DNA of 64,000 nucleotides from Octopus vulgaris. Lineage: Eukaryota. How positions within the stretch are numbered: the stretch's first letter is position 1; every line of letters starts with the position of its first letter. The stretch lies in NCBI GenBank assembly GCA_951406725.2, contig OX597816.1, forward strand, positions 63,178,001 through 63,242,000. Direction: 5' to 3'. Position numbers and translations under genes: made by a program. The notes beneath the pieces are model-generated. The model worked only from the letters and a program-made list of their open reading frames with translations. It made no database searches and had not been told where the DNA came from. Shown one piece after another: positions 39,660-53,816 of the stretch.

Positions 39660-39973
39660 GTTTACGTTCCAGCACACGATCTCAGATCAAGTCACTCGCT
39701 ATGCAAGTACATACCTGATATTTAAAGATTTGATTGTTATTTCTTGTCGGTTGTTCTTAAGTTACTATTGTTCAAGCCAAGTGAACTGTGATGGAACACA
39801 CCTATGGTGAAAAATGTACCAACTATAGTCATTCCATTTCTTTTAAGGTTGTGTAAGATTTCATTATTTAATACCAAAGTAGGAACATCCTTTATATTTG
39901 AAGGCCACTTATAATTAAGCGTGGTCCAAGAATTGCAAATTACAAGAAGATATTTTATTAAATATTTAATTAA

Positions 39974-40191
39974 CCTCTTGGCATTCAGATTATTCTGTGA
40001 AATGTAATGCTTATTTATTCATTGTTTTGAATTAATCATGCATTATCTTGCAGCTTTGAGATTTTCATGATGTGATTGTTTATTTCTGGAAGGACATTGT
40101 TGGGTTGGTGTGAGAGGTTGGATCTGGTTGGTTTGAATATAAAACAATTAAAATATTTAGGGTGGACATGGCTGGCTTGAATGCTAAGGCG
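39974..40191. mobile_element. piggyBac-like MITE
   Basis: TTAA on both sides (39970-39973, 40192-40195); imperfect TIRs cctcttggcattca / tgaatgctaaggcg; partial second copy at ~39065-39210. Confidence 0.6.
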
Positions 40192-40949
40192 TTAAACTTA
40201 TATGAAATGTGATTGCTTTTATTATGAGAATGTAAAAAAAGACCCCCTTCACTCATGAATGACTATTGGATTGCACCTAGAAAGTGACCCTCCGAGGCAC
40301 AAGTCTGAGCAAGGTTGTTTATGGAAAACCAGTAGTTTCCCATGCATACCAGCCTCTTCTCTCCACACCACTGATGTTATCCAGGGGAAAGGCAAAAGGG
40401 CCATCAGTGACATTGCAACTTATTTCTACAGATAAATGAACTGGAGCAACGTGAAATAAAGTATCTTGCTGAAGAACATAACACACAGCCTGGTCTGGGA
40501 ATTGAACCCACTACGTCATGATTGTGAGTCTGATGCTCTAACCACTGAGCCATGTGCCTTCACACATAGGAGAACATAATTACAGACATGAGGCATAGGC
40601 ATTGCTTTGAGGTTAAGGGCACTTCTCAGCTACAAGGTTCTAGATTCAGTCCTACTGTGTAGCACCTTAAGCAAGCATCTTCTATTATAGTACCAGACTA
40701 ACCAATACTTTGTTAAGGAATTTGCGAAACAGAAACATAAGCTGGTTGTGTGTGTGTGTGCATACATGCCGACATGAATGTTTAGAAAACTATGCTGAGC
40801 TGACTTTATGGTTTGTGGCTCAACTCCAAGTGGTGAGGTCATCGTTTGTGTTTAGGCAATTACTGTGAAGTTTGGTGGCATTTCCTGTTAACAAACTGTG
40901 TACAAGCTTATACACTTTGGATTCCGCTGAAATAATAATAATGATGATG

Positions 40950-40990
<41 letters not shown>

Positions 40991-42780
40991 TAAATATATC
41001 CCTTTGAAAAAACAGGTTAAGGGCTGGCAACAGGAAATGTATACATCTGTAAAAATCCTGCTTCAAATCTATTCCATTTTAAGCATTGCTAGCACGTAAA
41101 TGAAATAAATAAATGGATTGTAAATTTTAGAGTAATAAATCAATATATAAATTGATCTTTTAATGATTTGATTATATATTATATTTAATTAATAAATGTT
41201 ATACTCTGTAATCATCAAATATGTATTTTTTTTTTTTTAATGTAAAATCCAAACTTCTTCTGATGGCTGCATTTAAGAGCTACAGTGCTTGTAGATTCCC
41301 CATTCTTATATGTCCTTTATTATTCAAAATGATTGAATGTAATTTAAAGCAAATTTAGTTGCTATTTCTAGGATCTCATGTGACCACATAGGTTCATTAC
41401 TGATTTCTTTCTTATAGTTGTTGTTGTTGCTGGTAATGTCTTTAAAGATTAAAGTAATTTTAATATATAATGAGAAATTGTGACTTGTTACTGATGACGA
41501 GTATTAAGCAGCATTCACAATATACCATATTCTTTTAGCTGATAAAATGTTCGTCTGTTTGTCTGTCTGTCTGTGTGTCTGTCTTATGACCCTTGCCTTC
41601 CCATATCTCACTAAACCACTTATAATTGTAATTTACACATTTCTTATCTACATTTCAAAATGGTTCTCATAAGCTATTTGTTAAGCACTTTGTACATTAT
41701 AGGTCAAAGAGAAGAAGAGGAAAAACAATCACCTCTTTGGTGAAGTAGTTCTAGATTCAACATTATCTGTTGTGTTTCAAATACTTGAATAATTCATTTC
41801 CTTAATTCTACCATAATAATTCCAGATATCATTTCTGGAATTTTCTATGTTGATTGCTCTCTACAGTAGGTACAAGGCCTGAAATATCAGGGGAGGGCAG
41901 TTGTTGAATAAATCACACCCCTTGCTCAACTGGTATGTTCAACCCAAAAGAACGAAAGGCAAAGTAGACCTTGGTGGAAATTGAACTCAGAATGTAAAGA
42001 TGGACAAAATGCTACCATGCATTTTTCCCATCATGCTAATGGTCAATGTGGGTTTTATGTTTGTTTTCTATGTTGGTATGGAATGGACGGTCATTTCTCT
42101 GCTCCTAGTTAGATCAGTTCATGCTCATCAGTTTCATTTTTGGTCAATTTCTACTACCAGATACTTTTCCTAACACCAACCACTTTACCCAGTGCATTTT
42201 TTTTTCATTGCATCACCACTAAGGAGGTTATGTCTTTGACAAGACTAAAGGGACCTCTTGGCCCCACCCACTTTTAACTGATGCTGTGATAAAATGCACC
42301 CAGAAGGGACAATGGTGAGAGTGTGATGTATAAGAAGAGGTGTATATATGATGGAGGTGAAGGATGGACATTGATAATGAACAGTCTGTAGGGCAGGGCT
42401 ATAGATGGAGTGTACAGGTAAGGTAAAGTTACCTTCTTAGTCATACCGACTCATAACAGCCAGTTTCCTATTTTCCATGACACATAAATTCCTCACCTGG
42501 ATGGGACACCAGTCCCTCACAGGATTACTCACTTTTGCCAGCTGAGTGGACTGGAGCATTGTGAAATGAAGTGTTTTGCTCAAGAATACAATGCATCGCC
42601 TGGCCCAGGAATTGAAACCACAACCATATGATCATGAGTACAACGCCGTAGCCACTAAGCCACAGATGGAGCGTATGGGGATATATTCATGCTTGATGAG
42701 GTCCCTTAAGGATATACCCCAAAATGAATGGGAGAGCGAGGGTTGATAAAGATTAGAAGGTGCAACTATAGGCTGAGTGT

Positions 42781-43058
42781 GGAGGCACATGGCCTAGTGG
42801 TTAGAGCAGCAGACTTGCGGTCGAGGGATCACAGGTTCAAATCTCAGACTGGATGATGTGTGTATTTATGAGCGGCTCCGGCAGAAGGTAATGGCGAACT
42901 TCTGCTGACTCTTTCACCACAACTTTCTCTCACTCTTTCCTCCTGCATCTTTGCAGCTCACCTGCGATGGACCGACGTCCCGTCCAGGTGGGGAACCTAT
43001 ACGCTAAAGGAAACTGGGAAACCGGCTCTTATGAGCCGGGGATGGCTCGAGAAGGAAC
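42781..43058 (+). mobile_element. SINE family D-related copy
   Basis: tggcctagtggttagagcagc...ggttcaaatc head; body similar to 2940-3245. Confidence 0.75.
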
Positions 43059-44384
43059 ATTCATAAAGGCTTAGTGCATGAACTGAATGTATATTTGATG
43101 ATGTTTATTAAACTTCAGGATGGGTCAGAAAGTGAAAGTGATAAGGGTAAGAGAGTGGGGCTGTTGGTTAGGTCAGATAGGTGCAATGGTGGTAAAAATA
43201 GTAACTGCTGCAATAATAGCTCCATTATAAATTGTCACATGCCCTGAATAATGAAGTTACAATATTAAAAAATATTTTCATGTTCTGCATCAGTCTATAT
43301 ATATATTGTGACTTGATTCTAAAATTGAAGCTTTGACAAGCTTTGTTTATGAAGTGCTCTTTTGTTTGTGCATTACAATGGGGAAATTAAAAATATTGAT
43401 ACATTTCCATATAACATTCGTGGACAAGTTTTTCGTAATGTCTATAAATAACATACATGTCTATTTATATAAAAAAACCCACTATAATGCTTTGACTGAA
43501 ACGTGATTCTCTGACCTGTCAATGAGGACAGCAACTCCGAATGAGAAATAATTCTGAATATGAACTAAAAGCAATGATGATAATGAGAATAACTTCCACT
43601 AATCCAGCATTTAGACAAGTAGTTCCCAAACAGTGTGCCCCAAGGAGTATTTAAGGAGTCCATGGATTTTTAAAAATACAATTTAAGGCATTAGAAAATA
43701 ATAATGGTTGTGAGTTTGGGTATTCATAATTTTGCTTTTAACACAAATACAATTAATATAAGGTAAGCCATAGCTTTCTATATTTTTTCCTAGATTTTTA
43801 ACTTTAAAACGCATTTTCTTTTTAAACCCTCCATGGGAAATGAACCTTTATTGATATACAGGGAACTCATTAAAGATATTTTGTTTTTTCTACTGTATCC
43901 TTTTCTTAAGACAGCTGAGTGTGGTTCGGGAGCAATTTCGTTGCTATTTCTAGCAGGCCAAGAAATTATACAGAAGCCTACTGTTGGTTTTGTAGAAACA
44001 GTTACAATAACTATAGCAGAAATAGGGCTTGTGTTATATCACTATTGTAAGGAGAATAGTTTCTTGATATTGTTTCACCTGTTGTTTATGGGTCCTGGAT
44101 AGGCTTCAATGATGATGCAATGATTGAAATAACACTAAGCATTTTGTCCAGTATGCTAACAATTCTGCCAGCTTGCCACCTTCAATAATAATAATAATAA
44201 TAATAACAGTAATGATGACATGGAAGTATGAATAATGTTAATAAATAGAAATGAATGTTTTATAGGAAGAATGAGAAATAATTTTAGTTATAAAGGTTAC
44301 AATATTATGATATAAAGATATGAAGAGCAAGTGTATGAACTCAGTTATATTCTAGGATATTCGCTTTTGAATTTGTGTCTTGTG

Positions 44385-44773
44385 CCCCATGCTAGTAGGG
44401 TGCTACCATCTGAGCATGATTGTTGCCAGAGCGGCTAACTGGCTTCCGTGCCGGTGGCATGTAGGAGGCACCATTCGAGTGGGATCGTTACCAGCATCGC
44501 CTTACTGGCACCTGTGCTGTTTGCATGTGTAAAAAAAGATTCAAGTGAGGTCATTGCCAGTGCCGCCTGACTGGCTCCCTTGCCGGTGGCACGTAAAAGC
44601 ACCTACTACACTCTCGGAGTGGTTGGCATTAGGAAGGGCATCCAGCTGTAGAAACTCTGCCAGATCAAGACTGGAGCCTGGTGCAGCCATCTGGTTCGCC
44701 AGCCCACAGTCAAACTGTCCAACCCATGCTAGCATGGAAAGCAGACGTTAAACGATGATGATGAGGAGGATGA

Positions 44774-44775
<2 letters not shown>
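44385..44775 (+). mobile_element. SINE family C
   Basis: Matches 13970-14442. Confidence 0.8.
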
Positions 44776-44804
<29 letters not shown>

Positions 44805-44807
<3 letters not shown>

Positions 44808-45030
44808 CTGTAAGACCTTCTATCTGTAAATGTTCTAAAATCTACACAGCCTTGGTTTTTTTATCTCATTAAGAAAAAAAATCTTTATATACACACGCTG
44901 ACATATGACCAACGTTGTGGACCCCTTATTCGCATAATCACCGAACCTGGGACTTAACTAGGGTCTATCCATAGCACTTATTCAGTATTACCTGACACCT
45001 TTGGGTCTCAATGACACCATTACCTCTCAT
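44805..45030. repeat. Interspersed repeat family H (second copy at ~50740-50918)
   Basis: tacacacgctgacata...tagcacttattcag.attacctgacacctttgggtctcaatgacaccatta is shared by both loci. Confidence 0.75.
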
Positions 45031-45399
45031 AATCTCTATATGTGTGTGTGTGTGTGAATTGTCTACACATACACACTCACACACATATGCAGACAAATAT
45101 ACATTCTGTTATCATTTTATGAAGTTAGTACTTCTTTAAAATATGTATCTAAATATTTATTTATGTATGCATTTAAATGAAGCTTTAATGTTTTGCCTCA
45201 TATCCTGTTGGCAATGTTTTTCCATTCATTCTGTGAGCTAAACGCTTAAATTACTGAGTATCTTGCTGTATATATTTGTGTGTGTGAGTGTGTGTGTGTA
45301 TGTGAGTTAAACTATCATCTTGGTGATACGCATGTATACAAAAGGCAAGTTCCACTGCTTCTAATTACCAATATGCATACAACATACATACATACATAC

Positions 45400-45438
<39 letters not shown>

Positions 45439-45674
45439 TTCAGCAAAATAGGATAAGAATGTGCATTGTCCGTTTAATTAGAAACTTCTATAAGTGGCTG
45501 AAGATTGGTCGACATTTTAAAACTGATGTAATACTTACAGTGTTTTTATAAAATGAAGTAGCATGGAACAATTGTACTTCTCTACCTTGGATATACTTGT
45601 TGCTTATTTTGATTATAATCATCCCATTTGATTTATATGGATAATACCATACAAAATTCTAGTGCCTTTATATA

Positions 45675-45711
<37 letters not shown>

Positions 45712-46582
45712 TCACACACATGTCTCTATATACATGTATATATGTGTGTGTGTGTATTTGTAAATAAACTAATGGCTATCAGGAAAGTGATGCAGACATT
45801 CATAAACAGATGCCTTACGAGAATACTCTCAAGAATTCCGAATATCTTTCTGCAATGGCTGAGTGTGGGAACACGTATAATGACTTCCTGCTGATGTGCA
45901 AATCAACAGAAGATAGAAATAGGTTTTGACAGGCGTTAAGGAAATCTGCTTGCGGCACTAACTAAAGGAGTCCTCGATGTGGATGCGGTTGCTAAGGAAC
46001 TCAGATGACGCTCATATTAAAAATACCCCAAAAAATAAAACAAGGAAGCAAGAGAAAACTATAGAATATAACAAATATTAATATCGGTAAAAGTACAAAC
46101 TTAATGAGACAGAAAGAGTGGGTCTACTGCGCTCTAGGGCAACTAATGAGGGTTGGAGGAAACCCCTATGTGGTCACACAGATTGTCAGAAATGGTAGCC
46201 GGGTCTCTCTCAGAAATCATACTTAATTATGTTTTTCTGAAATTGAAGTGTATATGAACATGTTAGATATAGAATATGTCTGGAAAAGACTGGATGGCCA
46301 TAACTAGTAAGGTTTTTGCTCAGAAGACTGTGTGATCTGTGTTGGCTAGTGAGAGAGCGGGTGGAGAGAGAGAGAGAGAGAGAGAGATAGTAACTCTTGG
46401 TGGTTCAGAAATGAAATTCTTGTTTACAGAGGTTTGGTGCTCTAATTCTTGTTTACATAGGTTTGGTGCTCTTAGCAGTGATGGTCGTTATAATCAGGGT
46501 GATCATTAATTGCTTTTACGTATTCTCTTATTCTTTTAATATAGAAATATTAGATATTAACATTTACTTTAATACAACCTAA

Positions 46583-46614
<32 letters not shown>

Positions 46615-46854
46615 ATTCATATAATTATTATTGACTGTTTATTTGAAGTTCTGGTATTAAAACTGGCTTCTCAAAATCTATTATTTCGATTCTATGTGCA
46701 GTGTGTGAGTCCTGCTTTCAGTGCATGTTTAGTGTATAAACTATACAAATGTATGTAAAAGCATTTCTGTATCAACACACACACACACACACACATAGTT
46801 GGAAAGGTTAAGAGATATCACACAAATGCATATATATATATATATATATAAATA

Positions 46855-47067
46855 TGGATAAGCTCGTTAATTTAATTATCGATCTTATTGAGTGGCCAGC
46901 ATGGAAATTAAAACCTTCAAAGGTGATAATTATTATTAAAATTATAATTTAGGGTATCCAAGAGATACCTCCACACTGGAAATAGCAGCCAAAACTTGAT
47001 TAAAACCACATTGAATGCTGCTATTTCCCATTGTGGAGGTAACTCTTAGATACCCTAAATTATAATT
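46855..47067. mobile_element. Short foldback element, family G, second copy
   Basis: Arms ~46940-46989 and ~47017-47067. Confidence 0.7.
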
Positions 47068-47249
47068 ATATATATGTATATATATATATCTGCGATGACT
47101 TTTCTGATGATCTTTTTGGTAAGCAGTGTCAGTTTTACGATTCTGTAAATAATAATATGTGCCTCAATATTGGACTATTTACCTTAGTCAATGCATAGTG
47201 ATCGCTTATAAGCTTTAAGCTTATAAAATATTATCAACATATGTATATA

Positions 47250-47456
47250 TACTCTTTTACTTGTTTCAGTCATTTGACTGTGGCCATGCTGGAGCACCGC
47301 CTTTAGTCGAGGAAATCGACCCCGGGACTTAATCTTTGTAAGCCCAGTACTTATTCTATCGGTCTCTTTTGCCAAACCGCTAAGCGACGGGGACGTAAAC
47401 ACACCAGCATCGGTTGTCAAGCAATGCTAGAGAGACAAACACAGACACACAAACAC

Positions 47457-47493
<37 letters not shown>

Positions 47494-47640
47494 CGACAGG
47501 CTTCTTTCAGTTTCCGTCTACCAAAACCACTCACAAGGCATTGGTTGGCCCGAGGCTATAGTAGAAGACACTTGCCCAAGGTACCACGCAGTGGGACTGA
47601 ACCTGGAACCATGTGGTTGGTTAGCAAGCTACTTACCACA
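47250..47640 (-). mobile_element. SINE family B
   Basis: Reverse-complement copy of the family B body. Confidence 0.8.
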
Positions 47641-47801
47641 TGGACATCATAAGAGTTTATAAACTTTCAAGAGAATGTGAAGCAGTTCTTTTTTTGTAAC
47701 AGTTTTTTTTTCTTTGTAACAGTGAATCACATAAATCTCGAAATACTATAAGCCCATGGGACTCGAACCCCCATCTCTTGTAGACATGCATACAGGACAC
47801 A

Positions 47802-47844
<43 letters not shown>

Positions 47845-48276
47845 ACACGTCCTCACAAACCACGGATATGTATACTCTTTTCTTCATTTAATAAATTTCT
47901 ATTACATACATGCACACACAATCATTTCAAATTTGCTGACCAATGTTTAATTTGCATGCAAGCATTCACATATGTATGCAAGTTTCTTTACACACACACA
48001 CATTCAAAATTTTTTCTTTTTTTATATAAAAACACTCGTCATGTGACCCATCCATAGCGTTCTCTTTCTCTTTCCAATTCCATGTAAAATGATTCATCAT
48101 AATTGCTTAGCGATACAAAGTATTATTCTTTATTTATTTTTATTTTTTTTCCATTTACATTTTTTTTTTTTTTTTTTGCTATATCTCTCGCTGCATATAA
48201 ATTTATGTATAATTGTTGTGCGGTATTTGTTTTCTATCTTCTGTGAATGCTGACCAAAGTATTACTTTTGGCACAG

Positions 48277-48368
48277 CTGAAGCACGACGGCACCGAATCT
48301 GGGACAGAAGCAGAAGACGAAAAAGCCGCACGTCTTGAATATCGGACATTATCAGCCGGAAATCGTAG
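48277..48368 (+). CDS. Candidate internal exon of an unidentified host gene (LKHDGTESGTEAEDEKAARLEYRTLSAGNR)
   Basis: Branch-like gctgac, acceptor ttacttttggcacag, one open frame, CpG-rich non-repetitive composition, possible donors after 48364 (gtaggt) or 48368 (gtaccc). Confidence 0.45.
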
Positions 48369-48633
48369 GTACCCCCCATCATTGATGTCTGTCGTTAGTC
48401 GAAGTCAGTGTATGCAGTTGTTCTTGGCAAGTGAAGTGTTTGTTGTTGTTGTTGTTGTTGCTGTTGTTGTCGTTGTTGTTATTGTAGTTTTGTTGTTGTT
48501 TTTTGTTGTTATTACTTACCACATTTATTTTTGTTGTTGTTTTCTTTGTTCTTTTCTTTTTACTTTTTTTCTTTTATTTGCTGATGCCTGTGTTGTTACG
48601 TAACATTATCCTCATCATCATCATCATCATCAC

Positions 48634-48681
<48 letters not shown>

Positions 48682-48737
48682 CATTATTATTATCATTATC
48701 ATTATTATTATTGTTATTATTATCATTATCATTATTA

Positions 48738-48768
<31 letters not shown>

Positions 48769-49098
48769 AATTATTATTATTATTTTTATTATTGGCAGTG
48801 AGTTGGCAGAATTGTTAGCACACTGGGCAAAATGCTTAATGGCATTTCAACAGGCCTTATGTTCTGAGTTCAAATTCTGCTGAGGTCGACTTTGCTTTTC
48901 ACCCTTTCGGTGTAGATAAATTAAGTACTCGTGAAACACTGAGGTTAATGTAATCAACGAATCCCCTCCCCCAAAATTTCACACCTTGTGCCTTTCGTAA
49001 AAAGGATTATTATTATTATTATTATTATCATAAGGGCAGTTGATTAGCAGAATTTATAGAATGCCATTCAAAACATCCAGCCTTTTCTGTTCTGAATT

Positions 49099-49151
<53 letters not shown>

Positions 49152-49318
49152 CTTGCCAGAGAAGACTTAAGTTGTGACCCTTCTAGCATTAATAAAATAA
49201 GTACCAGTCATGTACTTGGGAAAGATGTATCTGATTATATCATTCCCAATTGTGACTTTGTCACAGCATAAGAAATCCCTCATCATCATCATCATCATTA
49301 TTATCATTATCATTATCA

Positions 49319-49365
<47 letters not shown>

Positions 49366-50593
49366 GTTACTATTATTATTATTTGGATTGGCAGGTATTG
49401 TTAGAATCTCAGAAGAAAAAAAGGAAAAATGTTTCTCGTGGTATTTGTTCTACCTCTTTACATTCTGTGTTCAAATTCCGCTGAGGTCCATTATAACCTA
49501 TATCCTTTCCAAGTCAATAAAGTATCGGTCAAACATTGGGGACAGAAGAATCAGGTAACCGCCTCCCCTGAAAATTTGGCCTTGTAACTTAAGTCATAAA
49601 CCCTTATTATAACCATTGTCTCTTATATGGAGGGTAAACTCTATGCCTCAAATTGGTTTTGAGACCCAGTTTCAAATCCATGTTATGACTGCCCGTTGCC
49701 CTTGAGGATGTCACGTGTCATAGTTCTTGTTCATTATAAACCAAACATTTCAGTTTTATTTAAGAAATTATAATTGTACTCATTACCCTTTTTTTTTTTT
49801 GTTTAATGGCATTCATTTTCATTTGTATTTATCATTATGGTGTATATATTTGCATGGATGTGGATGCATAGGGACATGGGACAGGCTGTGTAGGGAAGCA
49901 AGGTAGGCAGCACCTATTATAATGTAAATGATTTCCATTTCATTATAAAATGTTACTAATTTTATGCATGGATTTCAGTAAAGGAAATATATTTTGATGT
50001 TCAACAAGCAGAATTTCTCTTAAGATATATAAAGGTGTGTGTGTGTGTGTGTGCGTGTGTGTGTGTGTACATACTAACTGTTGTCAATATTAAATAAACC
50101 TGTGAGTTCAGATCCAGAATACATTAAACATTGTGCCATAAAGACGGAATGATAGCTGCTTTTTGTTCAGTATCATTGGATTCAGGTATGAGTATGTGGT
50201 TGTACGTGTGTATGTATGTATGCATTTGTGTGTGTGTTTGTTTGTATGTATGTATGTATGCATTTGTGTGTGTGTGTGTTTGTATGTGTGTGTGTGTGAA
50301 CGTATATATGTTTGTATAGAGCAGGTGAGAGAGGGAGTTCTTTACTGGATCTCTCATTATTCCCTCCTGCAACACTCTCTAACTCCACTATGTTTCTACC
50401 ATCGTACACTCATTCTGCCTCAGATTTCTGTCATCTACCAAGCTGGGGCCGAACCTTGAAGTATTTTAATGAGATGAATTCACCCCAGTTCTTTTCTTGT
50501 TTTTAAACTTGGTGCTTATTCTATTGGCCCTCTTTTGCTGAACTGCTAAGTTACATATATATATACATATATATAAGAATTTTTTGCGTAACA

Positions 50594-50948
50594 GCATCAA
50601 CAACAGCAACAACACAAGAATTCTCCAGCCATTGAAAGTGACCCTACATGGTCACTTGACTTGCTAGAAATAGCAGCCAAATCTTCCTCTAACTGTACCC
50701 TATTAACATATTGGATAATATAGTCTTTGGTACTGATTACACGTAATAAGATAAAAAAACCAAGGCTGGTTTTTCTTATGTACACACGCTGACATAGAAC
50801 CAACATTGAGCCCTTTATTTGCAATATTACCAAATCTGGAACTTAACTATGGTCTGTCTATAGCACTTATTCAGCATTACCTGACACCTTTGGGTCTCAA
50901 TGACACCATTATCTCTTATATATAACATAACGTATATCTATATATATA

Positions 50949-50994
<46 letters not shown>

Positions 50995-51157
50995 TATTGG
51001 TGATTGAAGAAATGGATATATATTTATTCTACACGTGTTGAAAGGCACAAATTACCAAATATGGAATATGGGACCATATTAGGAAGAAAATAGGAAATAT
51101 AGAACAGAGGCGGAGCAAAACAAATATATATATGTTTATCAGTGTATGTTGAGAACC

Positions 51158-51214
<57 letters not shown>

Positions 51215-51405
51215 TATATATATTAGATACTAATTTAATAGTATATTTATTCCACACAAGTGTATTATATATATATATTTTATAACATATTATAATATTT
51301 TCAAAAATAAATATAAGTATATATATATCTAGCACATTAATCAAAGTGTATATATATATGTGTATATATATATGTGTATATATGTGTATATATATATATA
51401 TATGT

Positions 51406-51441
<36 letters not shown>

Positions 51442-51450
51442 GTATATATA

Positions 51451-51496
<46 letters not shown>

Positions 51497-52168
51497 AATA
51501 TATATATGTATATAAATATATATACATACATACATACATCCTCACAAACATAAACATGTTGTTTTCATAATATTTTTATAAATTGTCTCATTGTAATAAC
51601 ACCTGTTGCTGACAATTTACCATGTACTTTTGACAATTTACCTAATCAATGCCTACTGCCTACCCTAAGTATTTACTCACAGCATGTGCCTGCTATGTGT
51701 ATTTCAGTTGGTTTCAGTGTCCTTGTGCATAAGGCAGAGCGTCACCTCCGCCAACTCCTCTTAGCTGTTGTTATTTGATTAAACTGCTGTGTGCCAGTTT
51801 GGTACTGTCGAAGTGGTGGAGGTGGTGGCAGTGGGTGGAGGTGGTGGTGGTGGGTGGAGGTCTGTCTGCATAGAGCTGTTGGAGGGAAGTCTGTCTGAAA
51901 GAGACCTGGAATATGGTGCATGAATGTAAGAATATATTTTCGCTCTGATTTGAATATAGATATCAACATATTGCACTTGGCATTGGTTCAATATGAAGTA
52001 AGCTTGTGGAACAGAAGCGCATCAACAACAGCAACAACAACAGCACAAGAATTCTCCAGCCATTGAAAAGTGACCCTCCATTGTCACTTGACTTGCTAGA
52101 AATAGCAGCCAAATCTTCCTCTAATTGTACCCTATTAACATATTGGATAATATAGTCCTTGGTACTGA
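50594..52168. repeat. ~145-bp direct repeat pair (50594-50736 and ~52019-52168)
   Basis: gcatcaacaacagcaacaac...gaattctccagccattgaaagtgaccct...atattggataatatagtc.ttggtactgat is near-identical in both. Confidence 0.8.
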
Positions 52169-52239
52169 TAAAAAGACAGGTTGGTCATGGTTGAAATGCT
52201 TTTGCTCACAGATTTTCTTGGTTTGAATCACCACCCAAG

Positions 52240-52650
52240 AGGTGAAGAAGATCCATAAGAGGAATTCTTCCATTGTTTGGTGGCTGTGGTGAAAGAGGTT
52301 GTTTGTTAGACAAGGCTGAAAGGCATGAGAACAGATACATTCCTCTGTGGTAGAGCTCTCTCATTGACGTCTTCAAGTTTCATTTGAAAAGGAAACTGAG
52401 AGTGGATGGAGAGTGAAGTGCTGTCTTTGAGTGAGTTTATTGAAAGATGAGTGAAAGTTGTGAAAATGGCAAGAGTGGATGGACTGTGAGTTTGAGAGAA
52501 AGAATTGGAGAGTGCACTTGCTCCTGGGGTTTCAGGAAAATCTTGGACAGTGGAGTTCCTCGATTATCCCTAGAGGCCTTCCTGTATTAGGAAGGCCGCA
52601 TCTCTTTCCTCCTCCACACCCCTTATATTTTTAACCTTTGTATGCTATGC
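52240..52650 (+). pseudogene. Degraded L1/Tx1-type LINE ORF2 C-terminus and 3' UTR
   Basis: Manual translation CLVAVVKEVVC*TRLKGM...FKFHLKRKLRV...EFIER*; family assignment from recalled motif only. Confidence 0.4.
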
Positions 52651-53263
52651 ATATGTCTCTTCTTTTTTCAGTGTATACTGTATATATAAAAGGCATGATG
52701 CGTGTGTGTGTATGTGAATGTAATTTATGCATGTCCACAAATTAGCACACATGTTGCTCCAAATTTAGGAGGGCATTCGTCATGATCCTTGCTGTGTTTT
52801 CGTCAACTTATTTTTACCAGAGGCACCAGCAAATAGCAGCAAAAATTAATTTTCTACCAAAACTTTTAACAATTTTCAAGTTGGAGAAATCACCATTGTT
52901 TGCAAACAGGAGTTAAGTCCCCTTCTAGTGACGAGTAAGTTTTTGTTAAGACTTTTGTTGTTTTTTTTTCCATGGAGGTAAAAAGTGTTTTGTTGATATA
53001 CAGGCAAGACACACACACACACGAGCATGTATGCATACAAAAAACATGCATGCAATAGGTGTACATATGTACGTGTGTGCATGTGTGTGTGTGTGTGTTG
53101 CCCATACATATACATATACATATATATAAACCAATTTAAACGGATTTCGCCCAAATTTGAGATCGATGCTGCTTAGTTTGGTTTGAAATAAAGAACTTGA
53201 TTAGTTTAATAATCCTAATTTAATCCTGGGCAAAGCTGGGTTATACTGCTAGTTATTATTATA

Positions 53264-53294
<31 letters not shown>

Positions 53295-53816
53295 TTTAAT
53301 AGTTTAATTAGAAATGCTGTGCTCAAGGCCCTTTACTGAGTTTTATTTAAGACTGCAGGATAGAAGGGAGTCGTTCACTAACTAGAAGCCTAGCTTGCTG
53401 GAAGCACACTATGGTGGTGTCAAACCAGGCCCTGGGTTAACTTTACCACTCAGTGCTATTTTCATTGTTACTACATTATTTAGCAGTGGTCTTTTATCTC
53501 CTGGTTCTGGATTCAAAATTTATTGAAACCAGATTGATATCAAACACTCTCTGCTTCTTTAAACATAAAATTGCTGCCATGGATGGCATTGTGGTCATTA
53601 GGAAATTCATATATTTGGACATTGTTCTTCTCTCTTTGACCAGTTTCATCTGGTTGATATTTTTGCATCTGATAACCTGGAGTTAAAAGGTTTCATTTGT
53701 TGTTATTGCTTCTGTGAGTGGTGGATACCTGATATAAAGGATTAATAACCTACCTGGCATAAACCATTAAAAGGATATCTAACTCTGGAGATTAAGCTTA
53801 ATATATAATAAATACA

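Noticed and set aside
45783-45930. 48-codon open frame as a host exon
   Set aside because: An overlapping frame reads MQTFINRCLTRIL, resembling an RTE LINE fragment; no convincing donor site.
53225-53253. Helitron-like 3' end (GC-rich hairpin remnant plus CTAGT)
   Set aside because: The hairpin is degenerate and no 5' end or second copy could be defined in the window.
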